A stretch of 64,000 nucleotides of DNA from Dehalococcoidia bacterium (GTDB lineage: Bacteria > Chloroflexota > Dehalococcoidia > Lucifugimonadales > UBA3495), in contig SHYG01000001.1 in assembly GCA_009692925.1 (NCBI GenBank), forward strand, positions 8,684 through 72,683, in the 5' to 3' direction. Within the stretch, counting starts at the first letter, position 1; every line of letters begins with the position of its first letter. The position numbers were made by a program, and so were the translations under genes. Shown piece by piece: positions 9,358 to 17,935 of the stretch. Below the pieces are notes generated by a model that saw only the letters and a program-made list of their open reading frames with translations, was not told the origin of the DNA and searched no databases.

Positions 9358-10313
9358 GACTCTCCCACCACGTGGGCGCCTTTAGCGGTGGGCTGGGTAA
9401 TCTTAACCTCACCGACCACGCCCGCTTGGCGCGCCGCCTCCGCCATCTCGTAGGCTACCGTCATCTCCCGGCCCTTGGTCAACGCCAGCACGGTGGAGCC
9501 GCTGCCCGAGAGAAACACCCCCAGGGCTCCGGCGTCCCGGGCGGCCTGGAACAGCAGCTTCATGGCGGGGAACAGCTTCTGCCGGTATGGCTGGTGCAGC
9601 CGGTCCTGGGTGCCGATGCTCAGGTATTCCAGGTGGTTGGTGGCCAGACCCGCCACCAGCAGGGCGGCCCGGCCCATGTTGAACACCGCATCCTCCCGGC
9701 TATAGGAGGCGGGCAGCACCGCCCGAGCTTCGGAAGTCGCCATGCGGAACTCGGGGATGAACAGCACCGCGTGCAGATCCGCTGGGATGCCGATGGGCGC
9801 AGTATACAGGCGCCGCTCCTCCCCTGACCGGAGCTCCATCGAGACCACCAGCTGGAATCCCCCCAGCACGGCAGCGGCCACGTTGTCGGGGTGGCCTTCA
9901 AGAGTGGCGGCCATCTCCAGCAGCGATTTGGCGTCAAAGGCCTGGCCGCACAGGGCGTTCGCCGCCACCAGCCCGCCCGCGATGGCCGCGGCACTGCTGC
10001 CCAGTCCCCGCTTCAGAGGTATCTGGTTGTGGCAGCGCAGGCGCAGCGGCGGCATCTCCCGGCCGGCTTCGCTGAAGAGAAAGGCCATGGACCGGTACAC
10101 CAGGTTGTCGCCGTCCGCCGCCAGCTCGCCCGCGCCCTCGCCCAACACCTCCACCGCAGGTGTGCGGGGCCGGCCAGCCGCCGCCGGCAGCACTTCCAGC
10201 TCATTCCACAGGCCCAGCGCCATTCCCAGGCAGTCAAATCCTGGCCCCAGGTTGGCAGTGGTGGCGGGCGCTCGGACTAGCAATGGGGTGTTTTGTTCCG
10301 GTGCTGGCTTCAC
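9354..10313 (-). CDS. thrB: Homoserine kinase
   Basis: Track ORF 9354..10496. PATTANLGPGFDCLG and GLGSSAA GHMP-kinase motifs. A GTG at 10313 gives a normal-length N-terminus. The 61 upstream codons run into repeat DNA. Confidence 0.9.
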   Translation of the reverse strand: MKPAPEQNTPLLVRAPATTANLGPGFDCLGMALGLWNELEVLPAAAGRPRTPAVEVLGEGAGELAADGDNLVYRSMAFLFSEAGREMPPLRLRCHNQIPLKRGLGSSAAAIAGGLVAANALCGQAFDAKSLLEMAATLEGHPDNVAAAVLGGFQLVVSMELRSGEERRLYTAPIGIPADLHAVLFIPEFRMATSEARAVLPASYSREDAVFNMGRAALLVAGLATNHLEYLSIGTQDRLHQPYRQKLFPAMKLLFQAARDAGALGVFLSGSGSTVLALTKGREMTVAYEMAEAARQAGVVGEVKITQPTAKGAHVVGES

Positions 10314-10461
10314 GGGCAATCCCTGGCCTTGTGGCGGAGGCCGTTGTAGTGACCTGGAGTGACGCGGGCCACGTGGGTGGCAACGCCGCAGCAGTATAGC
10401 AAGCCCGGTAGGTGTTCGCAAGAAGCCCGAGGGGGCAGAAGAAGAGGGCAGACGACCCGCT

Positions 10462-10704
10462 CTGTATCTCCCCTTTGCCGATGGGGAGAAGGACAAACCT
10501 ATGAGTCATCTCGGCGTTTGGTATCCAGGAAGGGCCTTTGGTTCACCCTCATCGTTCCGGCGGAGTCCGCTAAGAGCGTGTTTACAAAGCGTCCCCTCTC
10601 CCCCTTATGAAGGGGGAGATACAGGGGGGGTGGTCTGCGCCCAGCGCCGCGCGGCGGCAGTTGGGGCACGACCCACCTGTAGTCCCCCCTTCGTAAGGGG
10701 GGAC
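10462..10704. repeat. Cluster of C/G-run hairpin repeats upstream of thrB
   Basis: Hairpins are TCTCCCC..GGGGAGA (10467-10489), TCTCCCCC-TTATGAA-GGGGGAGA (10597-10619) and GTCCCCCC-TTCGTAA-GGGGGGAC (10682-10704). The GGGGGAGATACAG motif occurs at 10462 (reverse), 10611 and 39531. Confidence 0.6.
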
Positions 10705-10769
10705 GGGACGGCCCATCCTCCTCCACCTCAGGTAAGGGGAGGACCTTTTTAATCACCCGCTAAGACAAG

Positions 10770-10860
10770 CCGGCGGAGGCCGGAACCCAGCGCGTGGGTT
10801 TTGCATCCATCTACCACTCACTTGGTGAAGTGGCTGGCTTCCGGCTTTCGCCGGAATGAC
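10770..10860. repeat. 91-nt double-hairpin repeat, copy 2
   Basis: Aligns end to end with 3907..3997 at roughly three-quarters identity by eye. Confidence 0.7.
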
Positions 10861-10895
10861 TCATGTACAGGGGGGCCCCAGTTCAGGGCGTACGC

Positions 10896-11267
10896 CTACC
10901 CCTCACAGCCGATGCCGTCTCGGTCCGGGTCAAAATGGTGAGGGTCCGGCGGCAGGACCAGGAAGTTCTTTAAGCCCACGTCCTGGCAGGTCAGCAGGGG
11001 CGGCGCCGGCGGAATGCACTTCTCCGGGTACGACCCGGCGCACTTGGTGTTGCCGCCGGGGTGGAGTTTTTCGATGTTCTCCAGCTGTTGCTGAATCTGA
11101 GGCCCCATCTCCAGCACCCGCTTCAGAGTCTCCGTCATATCTTGTTCCGAGATGACCGGAAGCGCAGGGGGGGCTGCCTCAGTGCAGGCGGCAGACCATA
11201 TGGAGATGATGCCAAGGGCGACCGCACTCAACACGGTCTTCCCGATAGTTTGACGGCGACTGCGCAT
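10896..11267 (-). CDS. Secreted Excalibur calcium-binding domain protein
   Basis: 123 aa. N-terminal signal/lipobox-like VALGIISIWSAAC and a C-terminal DPDRDGIGCE Excalibur motif. Confidence 0.7.
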   Translation of the reverse strand: MRSRRQTIGKTVLSAVALGIISIWSAACTEAAPPALPVISEQDMTETLKRVLEMGPQIQQQLENIEKLHPGGNTKCAGSYPEKCIPPAPPLLTCQDVGLKNFLVLPPDPHHFDPDRDGIGCEG

Positions 11268-11395
11268 ACCGGCCCTCCAGCAGGGTTTTCCCTAACTGTA
11301 ATGCGAGGCCGGGTCTAGTCTCACGGTGTCCGCACCCTATTGCTGGGTGCTGAAGCCAGCCAAGCTGCGAGGGGAGGAAACGCGGAGGAACTCCC

Positions 11396-13276
11396 CTACT
11401 CCACCGTCACGGACTTGGCCAGGTTGCGCGGCTGGTCAACGTCGCAGCCCCGCTGCACCGCGATGTGGTATGCCAGCAACTGCAGGGGAATGGTGGTCAA
11501 CAGCGGCGTCAACTGCTCCGGCGCCGGGGGAATCCAAAGGACTTCGTCCACCTGCCCGGCTAGCTCCTCGTCGTCCTGGGTGAGCACCGCCAGCACCAGT
11601 CCGTCCCGAGCCTTCACCTCTTTAATGTTATTGACCATCTTTTCGTAAAGAGAGTCCCGGGGCGCCAACGCCACGGTGGCCAGGGTGCGGTCAATCAGGG
11701 CAATGGGGCCATGCTTCATCTCGCCCGCGGGGTAGCCTTCCGCGTGGATGTAGCTTATTTCCTTGAGCTTTAGCGCCCCCTCCAGCGCAATGGGGGCGTT
11801 CATACCCCGGCCCAGAAACAGAAAGTTGTGGTAGTCGCTCAACCGCCGGGCCAGCCGCTGATACCCCGCAGTGTCGGCCAGCACGTCGCCGATGAGGTTG
11901 GGCAAGCGGGCCAGGTCTTCCACCTGACGCGCCGCATCGGCCTCGGAAAGGGCGCCTCGCACTTGCCCCAGGTACACCGCCAGCAAGTTCAGGATGGTCA
12001 GGGAAGCGATGAAGGTCTTGGAGCTGGCCACGCCAATCTCTGCGCCGGAACGCATCAGCAGGCTGCCTTCCGCCACCCGAGTGGCCTGGCTGCCGGACTG
12101 GTTGCATATGGCGATGAGCCGCCCGCCCCGGTCCTTGACCTCGTGCATGGCGGCGACGGTGTCCGCAGTTTCCCCGGATTGCCCCACCGCCACCACCAGG
12201 GTCTGGGCGTCAATGTAGGCCCGCCGGTATCGGAACTCCGAGGCGCTCTCCGCCTCCGCGGGGAGTCCCGCCAGTCGCTCAACCAGGTGGCGTCCTATCT
12301 GGGCGGCGTGCAGGCTGGTGCCGCAGCCGATGAGCACCACGCGCCGGAGCTGTTTGATGTCCCGCGGAGTGATGGGAAAATCCGGCAACACCACCCGGCC
12401 ACGCTCGAAGTCCACCCGCTCCCGCAGGGCGCTGGCCACCGCCGCCGGCTCCTCCATGATCTCTTTGAGCATGAAGTGGCGGTGCCCGCTGCGGTCAAAC
12501 TGGACTTCCTCAGGAAACACCGTGCGGCTGACCTTGTTTAGCGCGCGCCCCTCCAGGTCCTGGAATGTCAGCCCTTCTGGAGCGGCCACCAGCATCTCTC
12601 CCGCCTCCAAAAACGCCGCCCGCACCGGACTGGACGAGTCGGGGCCGGAAGAGCCGTCCTGGTCCAGCAGTGCGGTGAGGGCAGGAAGGTCGCTGCCCAC
12701 GATGACCTGTCCATCCTTGTGGGCCGCCACAATGCCGCCGGCGTGGCCCAGACGCATGGCGCAGATCCGGCGCTCCCCAATCATGATGGCGGCAATGGCC
12801 TGGGAGCCTCGCAGAAGGCCGCCCAGCTTTCGAAAGGCGTCAGGGAAGGCCAGGCCTTGATCCAAGCCTTCTTCCAGCAGATGGGCGATGGTCTCTGTGT
12901 CGGTCTCGGAGGTGAACCGGTGGCCGCGGGCTTGCAGCCCCCGCTTGAGCTCCATGAAGTTTTCCACGATGCCATTGTGCACCACCGCGACCCGGCCGTG
13001 GCAATCGGTATGGGGGTGGGCATTGGCTACCGTGGGACGTCCGTGGGTGGCCCAGCGGGTGTGCCCCAGACCGATGCGCCCCTGGGGAAAGCCGGTTTGC
13101 GGCGCGGGAAGCAGGGAAGCGACTTTTCCGACTTGCTTGCGGAGCTGGAGTTCGCCCTCGGCATCCACAATGGCAATGCCGGCGCTATCGTAGCCCCGGT
13201 ACTCCAGGCGCTGGAGACCCTGAAAGACGATGGGCCAGGCCGGTTGGTGGCCGATGTAGCCTACAATGCCGCACAT
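11396..13276 (-). CDS. glmS: Glutamine--fructose-6-phosphate aminotransferase (isomerizing)
   Basis: Track ORF 11396..13471. The true N-terminus is the obligatory MCGIVGY at ATG 13276. Two SIS halves (GCGTSLHAA) and a C-terminal KSVTVE. Stop is TAG. Confidence 0.95.
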   Translation of the reverse strand: MCGIVGYIGHQPAWPIVFQGLQRLEYRGYDSAGIAIVDAEGELQLRKQVGKVASLLPAPQTGFPQGRIGLGHTRWATHGRPTVANAHPHTDCHGRVAVVHNGIVENFMELKRGLQARGHRFTSETDTETIAHLLEEGLDQGLAFPDAFRKLGGLLRGSQAIAAIMIGERRICAMRLGHAGGIVAAHKDGQVIVGSDLPALTALLDQDGSSGPDSSSPVRAAFLEAGEMLVAAPEGLTFQDLEGRALNKVSRTVFPEEVQFDRSGHRHFMLKEIMEEPAAVASALRERVDFERGRVVLPDFPITPRDIKQLRRVVLIGCGTSLHAAQIGRHLVERLAGLPAEAESASEFRYRRAYIDAQTLVVAVGQSGETADTVAAMHEVKDRGGRLIAICNQSGSQATRVAEGSLLMRSGAEIGVASSKTFIASLTILNLLAVYLGQVRGALSEADAARQVEDLARLPNLIGDVLADTAGYQRLARRLSDYHNFLFLGRGMNAPIALEGALKLKEISYIHAEGYPAGEMKHGPIALIDRTLATVALAPRDSLYEKMVNNIKEVKARDGLVLAVLTQDDEELAGQVDEVLWIPPAPEQLTPLLTTIPLQLLAYHIAVQRGCDVDQPRNLAKSVTVE

Positions 13277-13299
13277 AGCGCCAGCGTCGTCTCCCTGGC

Positions 13300-14301
13300 C
13301 TAGCCGGGGAAGCCCTGGCCCTGGGACACCAGAGCCGCCGGTGAAGCGCCGGCATGGTGGCGGTTGACCACTTCCATGATGACTTTGGCCAGGGCCTGGG
13401 GGTCGTGGCGCAGGTAGACTCCGGAGGCCAAAATGGGCCGCTCCACCACTTCCTGCACCACCTGGCGGCACTCTGCCAAGTCCAACTCCACCGGGTACTG
13501 TCCTACCGCGGTGTACCGCTGGACTACCTTTTCGGGCATGGGAGTGTTGTTGACTATCAGGTAGTCCAGCGGCGCATCTGACCCCAGGTAGGCCTCAATG
13601 AGCTTGGCAAACCCGGAGGCCTTGAGGTTTCGGGACTCCGCCGGCATGGTGGTCAAGTTGCAAACGTGGATCTTGGCGGCGCGAGACGCATTGATGGCGC
13701 CCGCCACATCCTGTACCAACAGGTTGGGCAACACGCTGGTGTAGATGTCCCCCGGGCCCAGCACAATCGCATCCGCTTGGGCGATGGCGTCCAGCACCGG
13801 CGGGTAGACGTAAGCCTTGGGCTCCAGCCGGATGTAATCAATGCCCACATCCAGCCGTTCCCGGCGACTGCCAATCGCAGTCTCGCCGGTGATCTCAGTG
13901 CCGTCTTCCAAACTGGCCACGAGGGTGGATCGCGTAAGGGTTACTGGGAGCACCCGGCCTTGCACTCCCAGCATCTGGGAGGCGGCGTCAATGGCCGAGA
14001 TGGTGTTGCCCGTAACTTCCGTAAGGGCGGTAAGAATCAAGTTGCCAAAGCTGTGGCCGTTGAGGCTGTTGCCGGAACTGAAGCGGTAGTCAAAGAGCTG
14101 CCGCATGAGCGTGCCCCAAGCATCCTCGGAAGCCAGAGCCATCAAGCAGCGCCGCAGGTCGCCGGGCGGCAGCTGACCCATCTCTTCCCGAAGGCGGCCG
14201 GAACTGCCGCCGTTATCGGTCATCGCCACCACTGCGGTCAGAAGGCAGTCCTGAGTCCTCAAACCGCTCAAGGTGGTGTGGTTGCCCGTGCCACCGCCCA
14301 C
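13300..14301 (-). CDS. yvcK: YvcK/GlmR-family (CofD-like, UPF0052) protein
   Basis: 333 aa. The GGGTG glycine loop sits at the very start of the track ORF. The reading frame stays open for 10 more codons to 14331 (..LITKKNIVVV-GGGTG), so the real start is probably upstream and non-canonical. It ends 23 nt before glmS. Confidence 0.85.
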   Translation of the reverse strand: MGGGTGNHTTLSGLRTQDCLLTAVVAMTDNGGSSGRLREEMGQLPPGDLRRCLMALASEDAWGTLMRQLFDYRFSSGNSLNGHSFGNLILTALTEVTGNTISAIDAASQMLGVQGRVLPVTLTRSTLVASLEDGTEITGETAIGSRRERLDVGIDYIRLEPKAYVYPPVLDAIAQADAIVLGPGDIYTSVLPNLLVQDVAGAINASRAAKIHVCNLTTMPAESRNLKASGFAKLIEAYLGSDAPLDYLIVNNTPMPEKVVQRYTAVGQYPVELDLAECRQVVQEVVERPILASGVYLRHDPQALAKVIMEVVNRHHAGASPAALVSQGQGFPG

Positions 14302-14490
14302 TACGACGATATTCTTCTTCGTAATTAACCCCTATCCGCAAACCGTGTACCCAGTGTTGCGGCAGAATCCGGCGTTAAAGCTAGATCTGCAAAGTGCAGA
14401 ACACCCAACCGTCCACCGATAGTCATTGCCCGCTCTCAGTCGTGCGGCGATTCGATGGCGGAAGGTGTGCGTCCGGCATGCCTATCTTAG

Positions 14491-14520
14491 AGTATATGAA
14501 GGCCCCTTTCCTAGTGTCAA
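14491..14520 (-). promoter_or_regulatory. Putative promoter of the yvcK-glmS operon
   Basis: Minus strand reads TTGACA (14515-14520), an 18-nt spacer, then TATACT (14491-14496). This leaves a leader of about 160-180 nt. Confidence 0.5.
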
Positions 14521-14601
14521 TGGCAAGCTTACATTCAGTAAAACATTTGTAAGACATTGAAGCCGCCACTTCGAGCCGGCACGATCAAGGCCATCGCCCA
14601 T

Positions 14602-15480
14602 CTAGCCTTCAGTCAGAAATTCCGCCACCACCTTGGCCAGCACGGCAGGCTTGTGGTAGCCGATGTCGTGGATGGTCTCGGGAACCCAGCAGACCCGGCA
14701 CCGCTGGATCGCCTGGGATGCGATTCCCACCATCTCCCTGCGCCGCTGGGCCATCTCGGTGCCTGCCCGTTCTGCGACGGGACCTGCGGGAACAATCAAG
14801 GTGGGGCAGGCAATGCGCGGGAAGATGCTGGAGGGCGGCTCGTGCCACATGGCGTGCATCACCTGGGAGTGATGGTCCGGCTGAAGGATGTCGTGGATCT
14901 GACCCTCCTGGTCTTCATACACCATGGTCTGCACGATGCGCTCCACTTCGGCGTTCCAGCAGCAGTCCAACTGCCCACGAATTCGTGCCAGAAACTGGGG
15001 CCGCGTGCCAGAGACGTTCCGGGGCGCCAGCCGGGCCTTGTACGCCTCCCAAGTGGCTCCCGGAATGCGCCCCCAGTCGTTGAAGCCTCCGTCAATCATC
15101 ACCAGCCTGTTCACCCGCTCCGGGAACCGGCCCGCCAAATGGGTGGCCACGTAGCCGCCCCAGGAGTGGCCTAAAACCCCCGCCTGGGAGAAGCCCAAAT
15201 GGCCCATCAGCCCCACCACATCTTGGGACAGCGACTGCCAATGGTAGCCCGAGGTCGCCTGGGTGGTCTGGCCGTGGCCCCGCTGGTCGGGGGCAATAAC
15301 CCGAAACCGCGCCCGCAGGTACGGCGCCACCAGGTCGTACCAGTTGGCCGAGGATGCAAGGCCGTGCAGCGCCATCACCGGCGGGCCATCTCCTCCCCAG
15401 TCCAAATAGCGCATGCGCAGGTCGCCCACCTGGGCCCAGCACTCCTTGGGACTTGGGCGGCCCGAAGCCGGATCATTCAT
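14602..15480 (-). CDS. Alpha/beta-fold hydrolase
   Basis: 292 aa with HGLASSANWY and a GHSWGG nucleophile elbow. Confidence 0.8.
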   Translation of the reverse strand: MNDPASGRPSPKECWAQVGDLRMRYLDWGGDGPPVMALHGLASSANWYDLVAPYLRARFRVIAPDQRGHGQTTQATSGYHWQSLSQDVVGLMGHLGFSQAGVLGHSWGGYVATHLAGRFPERVNRLVMIDGGFNDWGRIPGATWEAYKARLAPRNVSGTRPQFLARIRGQLDCCWNAEVERIVQTMVYEDQEGQIHDILQPDHHSQVMHAMWHEPPSSIFPRIACPTLIVPAGPVAERAGTEMAQRRREMVGIASQAIQRCRVCWVPETIHDIGYHKPAVLAKVVAEFLTEG

Positions 15481-15533
15481 GTTAGTCCTCCTGTTGGTTC
15501 GGTGGGTTGGTTAAGTCAGGCATTGGGTGGCGC

Positions 15534-15923
15534 TCACTCCCCGTCCGCTGCAATGGGCTGGAAGCCGGTCTCCGCGGCCCAGGCCTGCAGGCCCCGGCGG
15601 AAGGCCAGCGCCCCCATGGGAGCGATCACGGCTTCCAGGGCCTCCAGAATCTCTTCCGGAGAGGCCCCCTCTTGCAGCGCCACCCGCACGTGGGCCTGAA
15701 TCTGCTCCACGTCGGCGCGCAGGGCGGCCTCCACCACAATCTGGAGCAACTCCTTGGTCTTGCGGTCCAGCAGCCGCTGGCCGGTGTAGGTCGCCTCGAT
15801 GAAGTCGCCGTACTTCTTGGCCCACTCTAGGTCGGCGGCTGCCATGATGCGGTGCATCTCAAGGGTGTAGCCGCGCTTCTGGTGCATCTCCCGCAGGTAT
15901 GCCTTGGCTTCTTCCAACGCCAT
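15534..15923 (-). CDS. Carboxymuconolactone decarboxylase (CMD/AhpD-like) family protein
   Basis: 129 aa. LDRKTKELLQIVVEAALR and the overall CMD-domain helical pattern. Confidence 0.75.
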   Translation of the reverse strand: MALEEAKAYLREMHQKRGYTLEMHRIMAAADLEWAKKYGDFIEATYTGQRLLDRKTKELLQIVVEAALRADVEQIQAHVRVALQEGASPEEILEALEAVIAPMGALAFRRGLQAWAAETGFQPIAADGE

Positions 15924-15935
15924 CGCCCAACTCCT

Positions 15936-17042
15936 CTACAAGGTGTAATGCCGGCGGGCCGCCGCCTGCCTTGGGTTGTTCTGCTGAAACAGATCCGGGT
16001 GTGCGCCTTTGGCAATCGCAAGGTGATAGGTAAAAAGCTGCAACGGGATTAGGTACAACAGCGGGCTCCAAATCTCCGGCAGGGGCGACAATGCAAAACT
16101 CTCGGTGCACAGTCCGGCCAGTTGGGTGTCCCCCTGCTGGACCAACCCCCACACCGGCGCGCCGGCCGCCGCCGCTGCCTTGGCGATGTCCCCCGCCCGC
16201 CCGCTGCCCGGCCCCGGCGGCGCGATGAGGGTGAGCAAGCAGGCCGCATCCACGGAGCAGAAGGGGCCGTGGAGCAACTGCTCCACCTGGATGCCCTCGC
16301 TGTCCACGGCGCTGGTCTCCTTGATCTTGAGGGCCACCTCATACGCGCTGGCGGTGTTGGGGCCCCAGCCCACGGAGATGAACCGCCGAGAGCCCTGAAA
16401 GCGCTGCGCCGTTTGCCGTATCACCTGCTCCCCGGCCAATACTTGCTCCATAGCCCCAGGCGCCGCGTTCAGCTCTTTCCGCAGCCGCTGCGCCATGCCT
16501 GAATCGCCAGCCCGCTGGCCCAGGGACAGCGCCAGCAGCGCCAGCACCGTCAGCGCGGCGGTGTAGCTGACGGTGAAGGCGGCGGAGCGCTCCTGCTCCA
16601 CCGTCGTAAGGTGCACGTCCGCCTCCTGGATGCGCGGGCCGGCGTTGGTGGCGGTGATGGCCACGGTATAAGCGCTCCGAGACTTAGACAACTCCAGCGC
16701 CTGGAAGGAGTAGGTCTTGGTGCCCCGGTGGCTGATGACGATCACCGCGTCGTCGCGGCCCAGGGGCGGCGGGTAGGCGCAGAACTCAAAGGAGTGCCAG
16801 GCGTGGGCCTGAGGCGCGCCGGGGGCAAGCTGCTGGAACCAATGGTGCCCCACCAGCGCCGCGTGCCAGGAGGTGCCGATGCCCACCAGATGCACGCTCC
16901 GCTTCGAAGCCAATGTCGCCGCCAGTTCTTGGACACCGGCATCATGCCGATGCAGCATCTCCCGCACCGCCTGGGGCTGGCGCAGGATGGCGTCGTGCAT
17001 GTAGTAGGGATGGCCCTGGCACGGTGGCGGCGGCTGGGTCAA
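15936..17042 (-). CDS. Double SIS-domain sugar-phosphate isomerase/deglycase-like protein
   Basis: 368 aa. HLVGIGTSWHAAL and a second SIS half. Resembles the GlmS C-terminal, AgaS and FrlB families. Confidence 0.8.
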   Translation of the reverse strand: MTQPPPPCQGHPYYMHDAILRQPQAVREMLHRHDAGVQELAATLASKRSVHLVGIGTSWHAALVGHHWFQQLAPGAPQAHAWHSFEFCAYPPPLGRDDAVIVISHRGTKTYSFQALELSKSRSAYTVAITATNAGPRIQEADVHLTTVEQERSAAFTVSYTAALTVLALLALSLGQRAGDSGMAQRLRKELNAAPGAMEQVLAGEQVIRQTAQRFQGSRRFISVGWGPNTASAYEVALKIKETSAVDSEGIQVEQLLHGPFCSVDAACLLTLIAPPGPGSGRAGDIAKAAAAAGAPVWGLVQQGDTQLAGLCTESFALSPLPEIWSPLLYLIPLQLFTYHLAIAKGAHPDLFQQNNPRQAAARRHYTL

Positions 17043-17130
17043 AGGCTGCTCCAGGAGAGCGGATTGGCGAGGCCTATTGTAGCTGTTTTGCCGCCGGGCT
17101 GCAGCAATATAGATGTGCCCCGGTGGGCGA

Positions 17131-17183
17131 GACGAAATCCCCCGTTGCCACCCTTTCGCAAAGGGGGGTTGGGGGGGGTGTCC
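17131..17183. repeat. Degenerate copy of the GACGAAAATCCCCC...GGGGGATTTTGTC hairpin family
   Basis: GACGAAATCCCCCGTTGCCACCCTTTCGCAAAGGGGGGTTGGGGGGGGTGTC. Compare 41488 and 62179. Confidence 0.5.
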
Positions 17184-17350
17184 GCGATCCTCACCACAAC
17201 ATCCCAGGATAGGAGCGACCGTGGTACAATCTGCCCGCCAGAGAGCATCCCATCAGGAGGCGCGCCACGGAAGAATCCTTTCCGCCCCGAGCCTTCCAGC
17301 GGGAGGACGAGGGCGACGACCCGCAGTTCTACCAGCACCCCCGGCTGGTA

Positions 17351-17935
17351 GTGCATATCGACGACCAGGCCATCGCCGCGGTGGGCGCAGTGTTCCGCAT
17401 GCTAATCCCGCCCGGTTCCGTGGTGCTAGACCTGATGAGCAGTTGGCGCACTCACTGGCCGCTGGGCCACCCCCGGAAGCGGTTGGTGGGCCTGGGGCTC
17501 AACACCGTGGAGCTGCACGAAAACCCGGACCTGGACGAGTACGTGGTCCACGACCTGAACCGCGAGCCCGCGTTGCCTTTCCCCGACAACACCTTCGACG
17601 CCGTGGTAGTGACGGTGTCGGTGCAGTATATGACCCAGCCCGTGGAAACCTTCCGAGAGGTCAATCGCATCCTGAAGCCCGGCGGGCGGTTTGTCGTCAC
17701 CTTCTCCAACCGAATGTTCGCCAGCAAGGCGGTGCGTATCTGGCGCCAGGCCGACGACCGCGGCCACGCGGAGCTGGTGGCCGCCTACATGGACTACGCC
17801 GGCAACTTCCAAAACATGCGCGCCGGGTTCATGAACCCGGATACCAGCCCGCCCGGCGACCCGCTGTTCCTGGTCACCGGCGAGAAGGGGGCCGGAGCGC
17901 CTGCCACTCCTCCGCCTAATCCTCCGGAGGAATGA
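17351..17935 (+). CDS. Class I SAM-dependent methyltransferase
   Basis: 194 aa from GTG 17351, with VLDLMSSW and LKPGGRFVVTFSN. The conserved N-terminal block AFQREDEGDDPQFYQHPRLVVHIDD continues in frame upstream of this start (see findings). Confidence 0.8.
   Translation: MHIDDQAIAAVGAVFRMLIPPGSVVLDLMSSWRTHWPLGHPRKRLVGLGLNTVELHENPDLDEYVVHDLNREPALPFPDNTFDAVVVTVSVQYMTQPVETFREVNRILKPGGRFVVTFSNRMFASKAVRIWRQADDRGHAELVAAYMDYAGNFQNMRAGFMNPDTSPPGDPLFLVTGEKGAGAPATPPPNPPEE

Noticed and set aside
10359-10756. Track ORFs 10359..10610, 10501..10752 and 10499..10756 as small proteins
   Set aside because: They are translations of the stacked hairpin repeats (peptides such as ..PLSPLMKGEIQGG..). They overlap each other on both strands.
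9358-10895. A lysine riboswitch or T-box leader controlling lysC
   Set aside because: lysC is translationally coupled to thrB (GTGA overlap) and has no leader of its own. The region upstream of thrB is made of interspersed repeats rather than a recognisable riboswitch.
13277-13471. Long N-terminal extensions offered by the ORF track: glmS to 13471, thrB to 10496, hydantoinase to 53760, CaCA exchanger to 25074
   Set aside because: The extensions are Pro/Gly/Arg-rich and overlap upstream genes or repeats. In each case an internal start with an RBS, or an obligatory N-terminus (MCGIVGY for glmS), gives a family-typical protein.
13277-14490. A glmS ribozyme upstream of glmS
   Set aside because: Only 23 nt separate yvcK and glmS. 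The long leader upstream of yvcK lacks anything I can match to the conserved glmS ribozyme core. An Rfam scan would settle this.
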